Shown: positions 39,852 through 46,400 of the stretch, in pieces
Position numbering within the stretch: position 1 is the first letter of the stretch
Layout of the letters: every line of letters begins with the position of its first letter
Origin: Flavobacteriales bacterium
GTDB taxonomy: Bacteria; Bacteroidota; Bacteroidia; NORP154
Direction: 5' to 3'
DNA length: 46,400 nucleotides
Assembly (NCBI GenBank): GCA_012965955.1
Contig: DTRK01000002.1
Location: forward strand, 1-46,400
Position numbers and translations under genes: made by a program
Notes under the pieces: model-generated
What the model was told of the DNA's origin: nothing
Databases searched by the model: none
The model's input: only the letters and a program-made list of their open reading frames with translations

Positions 39852-41969
39852 TTATACTTTTTCAGTCTTACCAGTGGTTTTCGCAATAATCTCATCAGCA
39901 ATATTCCTGGGAACCTCGGCGTAGTGTGAGAATTCCATTGTTGAAGATGCCCTGCCAGAAGTTATTGTTCTAAGCGCTGTAACATAACCGAACATCCGTC
40001 CCAGAGGAACAGCAGCCTTAACGATAGACTTCCCTCCTTTAGAGTCCATGCCTTGCATTTGGCCTCTCCTCTTATTGAGGTCACCTACCACGTCGCCCAT
40101 GTTCTCTTCAGGTGTATTGACTTCTAGTTTCATAATTGGCTCAAGAAGTACCGGTTGAGCTTTAGGTACTGCAGCTCTATAAGCCGTCTTGGCACAAATC
40201 TCGAATGACAGGGCATCAGAATCAACATCGTGGAACGATCCGTCGAGGAGCGTTACCTTCATGCTATCCATAGGATATCCTGCAAGCACTCCATTGTCCA
40301 TTGCCGCCGTGAATCCTTTTTTAATGGCAGGGATGAACTCTTTAGGGATGTTGCCTCCCTTGATCTTATCAATAAACTCAAGTCCTGCTTTGTTCTCTTC
40401 ACCTTCAATATTTTCTACCGGCTCTAGCATGAATACTATATCCGCAAACTTTCCGCGACCACCAGTTTGCTTCTTATAGACTTCTCTATGCTCTACATGC
40501 CCGGTAATAGCTTCCTTATATGCAACTTGCGGAGCACCTTGATTGCACTCTACCTTAAACTCACGCTTCATCCTATCAACCAGGATCTCAAGGTGCAACT
40601 CACCCATACCACTTATGATGGTTTGTCCTGAATCTTCGTCAGTTTTAACAGTGAATGTTGGATCTTCTTCTGACAGTTTTCCGAGCGCAACACCCAGTTT
40701 GTCGACATCGTCCTGTGTTTTGGGCTCAATTGCAATTCCAATCACAGGATCAGGGAAGGACATAGATTCCAAAACAATGGGGTGCTTTTCATCACACAAT
40801 GTATCACCTGTACGTATGTCCTTGAATCCTACTGCTGCCCCAATATCGCCAGCTTCAATCCTCTTAATAGGATTTTGCTTATTAGAATGCATTTGAAATA
40901 TTCGCGAAATTCGCTCCTTCTTACCACTTCTTGTGTTCAGCACATATGACCCGGCGTCTATAGTGCCGGAATACATCCTGAAGAACGCCAACCTTCCCAC
41001 GAAGGGATCAGTAGCAATCTTAAAGGCGAGTGCGGCAGTATAGTCACTGGCTTCGGGCTTTCGTTCCTCCTCTTCCTGTGTTTTGGGATTCACACCAGAA
41101 ATTGCAACAATATCAAGTGGGCTGGGAAGGAATTCACAAACAGCGTCTAAGAGTGTCTGAACACCCTTGTTCTTAAACGCAGATCCGCACAACATCGGCG
41201 TAATTGACATGTCGATTGTTGCTTTGCGAACGGCCGCTTGTAATTCATCGACTGTTATAGAGTCTGGATCGTCGAAGAACTTCTCCAACAAAACATCATC
41301 ATACTCCGCAACACTTTCTACAAGTTTTTCTCTCCACTCAGCAGCAACAGGCACTAATTCTGATGGTATATCGATTTCTGTGAAGGTCATGCCTTGAGAG
41401 GCCTCGTCCCATTCGATTGCCTTATTAGCGATAAGATCAATAACTCCCTTGAAAGTCTCTTCTGCACCAATTGGAATTTGCAGAGGTACTGGATTCGCTC
41501 CCAGCTTCTCACTCACCTGGGTAACTACGCTGAAAAAGTCAGCACCAGCACGATCCATCTTGTTTACAAATCCAATTCTTGGCACGTTGTATTTGTCTGC
41601 CTGTCTCCAAACAGTTTCGGATTGTGGCTCAACGCCGCCTACGGCACAAAAAAGAGCGACTGCCCCGTCCAATACTCGTAGCGATCGCTCAACCTCAACA
41701 GTAAAGTCAACGTGACCTGGCGTGTCAATAATGTTAATCTTGTGCTTATTATTTGCGTATTCCCAAAATGTAGTGGTAGCTGCCGAAGTGATAGTTATCC
41801 CTCTTTCCTGCTCCTGTTCCATCCAGTCCATCACCGCAGCCCCATCGTGAACTTCACCAATTTTGTGAGTCAATCCGGTGTAATACAGAACTCTTTCCGT
41901 GGTAGTGGTCTTGCCCGCATCAATGTGGGCCATAATTCCAATATTCCTCGTTAATTCTAAACCTTTCAT
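39852..41969 (-). CDS. fusA: Elongation factor G
   Basis: [32 protein letters not shown] and NKMDR, at 705 aa. Confidence 0.98.
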   Translation of the reverse strand: MKGLELTRNIGIMAHIDAGKTTTTERVLYYTGLTHKIGEVHDGAAVMDWMEQEQERGITITSAATTTFWEYANNKHKINIIDTPGHVDFTVEVERSLRVLDGAVALFCAVGGVEPQSETVWRQADKYNVPRIGFVNKMDRAGADFFSVVTQVSEKLGANPVPLQIPIGAEETFKGVIDLIANKAIEWDEASQGMTFTEIDIPSELVPVAAEWREKLVESVAEYDDVLLEKFFDDPDSITVDELQAAVRKATIDMSITPMLCGSAFKNKGVQTLLDAVCEFLPSPLDIVAISGVNPKTQEEEERKPEASDYTAALAFKIATDPFVGRLAFFRMYSGTIDAGSYVLNTRSGKKERISRIFQMHSNKQNPIKRIEAGDIGAAVGFKDIRTGDTLCDEKHPIVLESMSFPDPVIGIAIEPKTQDDVDKLGVALGKLSEEDPTFTVKTDEDSGQTIISGMGELHLEILVDRMKREFKVECNQGAPQVAYKEAITGHVEHREVYKKQTGGRGKFADIVFMLEPVENIEGEENKAGLEFIDKIKGGNIPKEFIPAIKKGFTAAMDNGVLAGYPMDSMKVTLLDGSFHDVDSDALSFEICAKTAYRAAVPKAQPVLLEPIMKLEVNTPEENMGDVVGDLNKRRGQMQGMDSKGGKSIVKAAVPLGRMFGYVTALRTITSGRASSTMEFSHYAEVPRNIADEIIAKTTGKTEKV

Positions 41970-41987
41970 CTTTCCTTTACCCCTATG

Positions 41988-42455
41988 TTAGAACCTGAAG
42001 TGAGAAAAAGCCCTATTGGCTTCCGCCATCTTTCTAGTGTCTTCTTTTTTCTTAAATGCTCCGCCCTCACCTTTACTACCAGCGATAATTTCTTCAGCTA
42101 ATTTTTGGTCCATGCTATGTGCGTTTCTCTCCCTGGCATATCTAATTTGCCATTTCATGCCCAACGCTACTTTTCTGTCTGGCCTTACTTCTTGTGGAAT
42201 CTGGAAGGTTGCTCCACCAACCCTTCGGCTCTTCACTTCGACTGAAGGCATAACGTTCTCTAGCGCCTGTTTCCATACCTCAAGCCCTTCTTCTTTGGTC
42301 TTTTCCGAGACCATGTCAATGGCATTGTAAAAAATGCTGAATGCAGTACTCTTTTTGCCCCCACGCATGAGATGATTGACAAACCTTGTCACCATTACGT
42401 CATTGTACTTGGGATCTGGCAGTAGAATTCTCTTTTTGGCTTTTGAACGTCTCAC
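41988..42455 (-). CDS. rpsG: 30S ribosomal protein S7 (GTG start)
   Basis: LPDPKYNDVMVTRFVNHLMRGGKKSTA...EVKSRRVGGATFQIP. The start codon at 42455..42453 is GTG. Confidence 0.96.
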   Translation of the reverse strand: MRRSKAKKRILLPDPKYNDVMVTRFVNHLMRGGKKSTAFSIFYNAIDMVSEKTKEEGLEVWKQALENVMPSVEVKSRRVGGATFQIPQEVRPDRKVALGMKWQIRYARERNAHSMDQKLAEEIIAGSKGEGGAFKKKEDTRKMAEANRAFSHFRF

Positions 42456-42476
42456 GTCTTCAATGGTTTAAATAAA

Positions 42477-42854
42477 TTATTTTTTCTTTGGCCTCTTCGT
42501 ACCGTACTTGGACCTTCTCTGGGTTCTGTCATCAACCCCGCTTGTGTCTAACGCTCCCCTGACGATGTGATATCTTACCCCTGGCAGATCTTTTACCCTT
42601 CCACCTCTCACTAACACGATCGAGTGCTCCTGGAGATTATGGCCCTCACCCGGGATATAGGCATTCACTTCCTTGTCATTGGTCAATCTCACTCTTGCCA
42701 CCTTCCTCATCGCTGAATTCGGCTTCTTAGGTGTAGTGGTATACACACGAACGCAAACTCCTCGCTTTTGAGGGCAGGAGTTAAGAGTAATAGATTTGCT
42801 CTTTTTTTTCACGTTGGATCGCCCTTTTCGGACTAGCTGTTGGATTGTAGGCAT
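42477..42854 (-). CDS. rpsL: 30S ribosomal protein S12
   Basis: [12 protein letters not shown]...[19 protein letters not shown]...[19 protein letters not shown]. Confidence 0.98.
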   Translation of the reverse strand: MPTIQQLVRKGRSNVKKKSKSITLNSCPQKRGVCVRVYTTTPKKPNSAMRKVARVRLTNDKEVNAYIPGEGHNLQEHSIVLVRGGRVKDLPGVRYHIVRGALDTSGVDDRTQRRSKYGTKRPKKK

Positions 42855-42923
42855 ATAATATTTTTGTTTCTCTTACGATATCCCCCATCTGAAGCAAACT
42901 TGCTATCGGATTTTAAGGGGGTG

Positions 42924-42953
42924 CAAAGATACAATATTATCAATAGAAACAAA
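42924..42953 (-). promoter_or_regulatory. Candidate Bacteroidota-type promoter of the ribosomal superoperon
   Basis: The minus strand reads TTTG-N18-TATCTTTG, matching the -33 TTTG and -7 TAnnTTTG motifs. The -7 box lies about 70 nt upstream of the rpsL ATG. Confidence 0.4.
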
Positions 42954-43133
42954 CAGGTAGAACGAAAATGTTTAGATGGGAAAACAATAATTCGACGAAC
43001 ACAAAATTTGGGGTGCTATAAATGCAATTATTTGGTTCTATTTTGCCGAAATAGCTGCCCGGATTGCAAGAAATTGCTTTAGGAGTGGTTAACGTTCAGG
43101 TAACCAGTTGCTTGACTGGTTCAAATGGTCGTA

Positions 43134-44888
43134 CTAGCGCAAGATGTAAATCCAGGAATCCGCCTTTTCTTTTCGTGCCTTATTGAGCAGCTCTTTTTTA
43201 GCATCTTCATAGGCGTCCAGCATGTTCATGTAAACATAGTGGAATCCACGAACTTTGTTGTAAACGCTCTTGTACCCTTTTTGAGATTTCATGCGGTCAG
43301 CATAACTCTTGGTTTTGAATGACGCCATAACCACATAGAATCCCTTTGATGCCGTATTGCCAAATTCATCGAGGAAGTCTTCACTTTTTACCATTCTGAT
43401 ATCCCCTCCAGTTTGATTATTGTCGATCATGTTTATCATGTCTTTGGGATATCGGGCATTTGGATTGAATTTAGCAGCTTGCACATATTTTGAGCGGGCA
43501 AGATCGAATTGTTTAGCCATGAAAAGGGAATCAGCTGTCTTGATAAGAGCATCGTACCTCTTTTCAAACAAGTTCATGATTTTTACTGTCTTGGCAATCT
43601 GATCTTTAGCATATTGATCACCAGGTTTGTATCTTAAGGCCTCTTCATATGCTTGTTTCGCGCCTTCATAATCCCTTGCCTTAAACAGCGCATCAGCCCT
43701 TGCAATCGCCGCGTCGTATTGCGAGTTCTTCATACTATCAATTTCAGCAATCTTATCCTTGGGGTATTGTTCGTCAGGCTTGAGTGCCAAAGCTTGTTCA
43801 TAAGCAGATTTCGCCTCCTCATATTTGCCCTCTTCAAAGAGCCTATCAGCTTCAGTTATGAGTTCGTTGTACCTGGCATTAACCTCTTCTTCGTTCGCTG
43901 CCAATTCATTCGCTAAACTGTCGATCCTCTCCTGTAATTCTTCCAGTTCTGATTCATCCACTTTACCGCCCGCAAAGGTATAACCCAACATCACCTCATG
44001 ACTTATGCCGCTGTAGGTGTTGATAGAGCTGGAAATAACATCATAGGTATAACCGATGCTTATCTTCTCTTTCAATTTTATTCTAGCATTGACCCCAATT
44101 GCATAGTCGCTGCGGTACGAGATAGCCAGAAAACCTGTTTCCCTCCAATTGAATATTAAGTTCGCATCAAATTGCATGGGTGCTTCAGGCATGAAGCGCA
44201 CCAAAGCAAGGGGCCTAATTGATATATCCCGTGTTGCGTTGACGTAAAATTTGTAACCTAGCGAAGCCATATAATGCCTGGAAAGATTGTAATGCGCTCT
44301 GCTATTATCTGATGTAGATTTATATTCAAAAGAGGAGGCCAATATCTGTGGAATGGCTACTCCGAAGTGAAGATCTCTCCATCGATATGCAATTCCAAAT
44401 GTTCCGTCCAGACCTTTTTTTCGCTCTAAAGTAGCGAGCAATGCTGGGTCATCCTGGTCTTTAACCACAATTTGAGAAAAGTCCACTCTGTTTTCCAGTC
44501 CTCCCAAGGTGACTCCAAACATCAAGTTTTGGACATCACCAAGCTCTAACCTATAGGCAAATGCTCCATATACCCCTGTTCTACTTGTGATATCGGTTTT
44601 GTCGCTATAAATGCTAACGCCCAGTCCTATTTTTTTAGGTTGTAGTGGGCCATCAAAGGTAATCGCAGTGGTGGTTGGTTGACCAGGAATTTCGGCCCAC
44701 TGGGAGCGGTGCAGCAGGTACACATTGGCCGCCTCATCATACCCGGTGTACGCAGGGTTATATACGAATCTATTGTAAAAATATTGCTGATATAGAGGCA
44801 CCTGCTGCGCCTGCAAAGCGGAGTTTATTCCCGCAACAAGCAGCCCCATGGCAATCAGGCCTTTTGATATGTTTAATTTGCTAAACAT
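43134..44888 (-). CDS. PorP/SprF-family T9SS membrane protein fused to coiled-coil/TPR-like repeats and a SPOR-like C-terminal domain
   Basis: A signal peptide is followed by QQVPLYQQYFYNRFVYNPAYTG, the PorP/SprF N-terminal signature. The beta-barrel-like region runs to ...HEVMLGYTF (~residue 305). Three ~45-aa repeats follow (Y..A...Y..AL...P...YPKD.I..I). The C-terminus GFYVVMASFKTKSYADRM...GFHYVYMNMLDAYEDAKKEL is SPOR-like. Confidence 0.8.
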   Translation of the reverse strand: MFSKLNISKGLIAMGLLVAGINSALQAQQVPLYQQYFYNRFVYNPAYTGYDEAANVYLLHRSQWAEIPGQPTTTAITFDGPLQPKKIGLGVSIYSDKTDITSRTGVYGAFAYRLELGDVQNLMFGVTLGGLENRVDFSQIVVKDQDDPALLATLERKKGLDGTFGIAYRWRDLHFGVAIPQILASSFEYKSTSDNSRAHYNLSRHYMASLGYKFYVNATRDISIRPLALVRFMPEAPMQFDANLIFNWRETGFLAISYRSDYAIGVNARIKLKEKISIGYTYDVISSSINTYSGISHEVMLGYTFAGGKVDESELEELQERIDSLANELAANEEEVNARYNELITEADRLFEEGKYEEAKSAYEQALALKPDEQYPKDKIAEIDSMKNSQYDAAIARADALFKARDYEGAKQAYEEALRYKPGDQYAKDQIAKTVKIMNLFEKRYDALIKTADSLFMAKQFDLARSKYVQAAKFNPNARYPKDMINMIDNNQTGGDIRMVKSEDFLDEFGNTASKGFYVVMASFKTKSYADRMKSQKGYKSVYNKVRGFHYVYMNMLDAYEDAKKELLNKARKEKADSWIYILR

Positions 44889-44889
44889 A

Positions 44890-46400
44890 CTAGTTCCTCA
44901 GTATTGTTATACCACCCTTAAACACGTCAGTCTTACCCGGACAATCAATGATATAGTAATAAGTCCCATCTGGTAGCACCCGACCTCCACTGGTCCCGTC
45001 CCAATCGTTGGTGTAACCAGTTTTGGTGTATAAGAGGTATCCATATCGATTGTAGATTGAAACCGTGCACTCGCTATAGAAGTCAATATTGTCAATGTAC
45101 CATGTATCGTTATATGCATCACCATTCGGAGTCATTACATTGGACACCACAAAATTGAAATCTTCCAGCACTACTACCCTAACAGAATCTATCCCAAGAC
45201 AACCGCTGCCATCTGTAGCGGTTAGGACATAAGTAACCGTAGTCAATGGGCTCGCGGTAGGATTGGCAATATTGAGGTCGTTCAGAGAAGGATCTGGTGT
45301 CCACTGATAAGAAAGGCCTCCTTGCCCATTCAAAATTACACTGTTGCCAAGGCTAACGCTGGTATCTGGCCCGGCATCCACGATGAGGGCACTAAACACC
45401 ACAGTCACATCGCTAAAGGCTGAACAGAGACCATTTACTTCTGTCCACCTATAAACGTAGGTCCCAGGGCCTGAGACTGTTATCCCTGATGTGGGACTAG
45501 TTGAATCCGCAAACACAGTTGTGCCCGCTCCTAAAACCTGTGACCAGGATCCACTGCCAACACTTGGGGCTGCGTTTAATGTAAAGTCCAGGTCGCACTC
45601 AATGCTTCCCAATCCGGCATCAGCAACGGGCAATTCATAATATGTCAAGGCTACGGTGTCGGAGTCAGAACAAATTCCATTGACCTCCAACCATTGATAT
45701 ACATAGGTTCCATAAACAGAAACTGTCGCTACGGATGTTGCACTATTGGCATTGGAGTAAGAAGTTACACCGGCAGGAGGCCCTGACAATTGTGACCAGG
45801 TTCCATTACCCGCAGTGGCAAACGCATTTAGCACAAAGGAAGAATCACAGGCAACGCCTCCACTACCTGCATCAGCAATGGGCTGTTCATTAAAAGTAAC
45901 CGTTACAGTGTCGCTGTCAGCACATGCACTATTCGTTTCTGCCCACTGGAAAACGTATGTTCCATATTGAGAAACACTAACCGAATCTGTTGGACTAATT
46001 GTATCACCAAAAATGGCGGTTCCAGGGCCAGAAAACAACGACCATGCACCGGTACCTAAACTGGCAACAGCACTAAATGTAAAATCCAGGTCACATTCAG
46101 TGCCCCCCAAGCCCGCGTCTGCCACAGGCAAAGCGAATATATCAATGATCGCAGGAGCAGAGGTGTCGGCCGCACCGCAGCATGACGTTGTGCCAATAAA
46201 AGTATAGGATCCTACACTAGTAGCATAAAGCGTGTTGCTTGTAGCACCAGGTATATCAATCCCATCAAATTGCCATTGGTAGGAGGCAAAGCCCGCATTA
46301 GCAGTGAGCAGCACAGAGTCAACTCCACAGATGTCGATGCTACCGGATGGCGTGAGCACCGCAACCACGCTGCTATCTGGAACATTCATAAAACCGCTGA
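44890..46400 (-). CDS. Large cell-surface repeat protein with a T9SS type-B (gliding-motility-associated) C-terminal sorting domain; 5' end lies outside the window
   Basis: The C-terminus VSNVMTPNGDAYNDTWYI...YNRYGYLLY...DWDGT...LPDGTYYYII...KGGITILRN matches the type-B CTD. Upstream are three ~83-aa repeats and a PKD-like DAGPD...YQWTP module. The frame stays open upstream of the listed Met to position 46400. Confidence 0.85.
   Translation of the reverse strand, partial: SGFMNVPDSSVVAVLTPSGSIDICGVDSVLLTANAGFASYQWQFDGIDIPGATSNTLYATSVGSYTFIGTTSCCGAADTSAPAIIDIFALPVADAGLGGTECDLDFTFSAVASLGTGAWSLFSGPGTAIFGDTISPTDSVSVSQYGTYVFQWAETNSACADSDTVTVTFNEQPIADAGSGGVACDSSFVLNAFATAGNGTWSQLSGPPAGVTSYSNANSATSVATVSVYGTYVYQWLEVNGICSDSDTVALTYYELPVADAGLGSIECDLDFTLNAAPSVGSGSWSQVLGAGTTVFADSTSPTSGITVSGPGTYVYRWTEVNGLCSAFSDVTVVFSALIVDAGPDTSVSLGNSVILNGQGGLSYQWTPDPSLNDLNIANPTASPLTTVTYVLTATDGSGCLGIDSVRVVVLEDFNFVVSNVMTPNGDAYNDTWYIDNIDFYSECTVSIYNRYGYLLYTKTGYTNDWDGTSGGRVLPDGTYYYIIDCPGKTDVFKGGITILRN

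Noticed and set aside
41580-41597. TGGCACGTTGTATTTGT, which resembles a sigma-54 -24 element (another TGGCAC is at 9248-9253)
   Set aside because: Both lie inside coding sequence (the antisense strand of fusA, and the membrane gene). Neither has a correctly spaced TTGC -12 element, and no gene lies downstream.
43118-43126. GGTTCAAAT, a T-loop-like string downstream of the PorP/SprF gene
   Set aside because: The flanking bases (ACTGG / GGTCG) cannot form a T-stem. It belongs instead to a 7-bp hairpin, AACCAGT-N6-ACTGGTT (43102-43121). That hairpin may be a weak terminator without a U-tract, and I am not confident enough to annotate it.

Overview
Chromosomal segment from a member of the Bacteroidota. 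The lineage call rests on type-A and type-B T9SS C-terminal sorting domains, a PorP/SprF gene, a SprB-type repeat, TAnnTTTG promoter motifs, and the rpsL-rpsG-fusA-rpsJ order with no tuf. About 40% of the window (24.1-42.9 kb, minus strand) is a complete, uninterrupted str-S10-spc-alpha ribosomal superoperon running from rpsL to rplQ. I found rpmJ and rpmD by hand because they are missing from the ORF track. To the left, mostly on the minus strand, lie housekeeping genes: carA, eno, gltA, murA, a TlpA-like thioredoxin, grpE-dnaJ, pheT (plus strand), rnhB and a GT4 glycosyltransferase. Also on this side are an ABC-2 exporter coupled to a short Ppx/GppA, an orphan sigma-54 activator, a T9SS-secreted 647-aa protein and a left-edge envelope gene cluster. 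To the right is a T9SS type-B cargo adhesin (truncated at the edge) followed by a PorP/SprF-fusion gene. I found no rRNA, tRNA, CRISPR, IS or phage genes. The items most worth follow-up are: (1) the 647-aa secreted protein, which carries a complete PHM/DBH-like two-copper ligand set behind a variant cytochrome-c-like module; (2) long charged low-complexity tails on L17 (about 200 aa, encoded partly by perfect 30/15-nt tandem repeats), L15, L29 and IF-1; (3) a family of CCTG/CAGG GC-rich hairpins, including a perfect 20-nt palindrome, occupying the three longest spacers inside the S10/spc operon; (4) a PorP/SprF barrel fused to helical repeats and a SPOR-like domain; (5) a sigma-54 activator with no DNA-binding domain and a GAFTSA loop. 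All functional calls come from reading motifs in the translations. No database search was possible.
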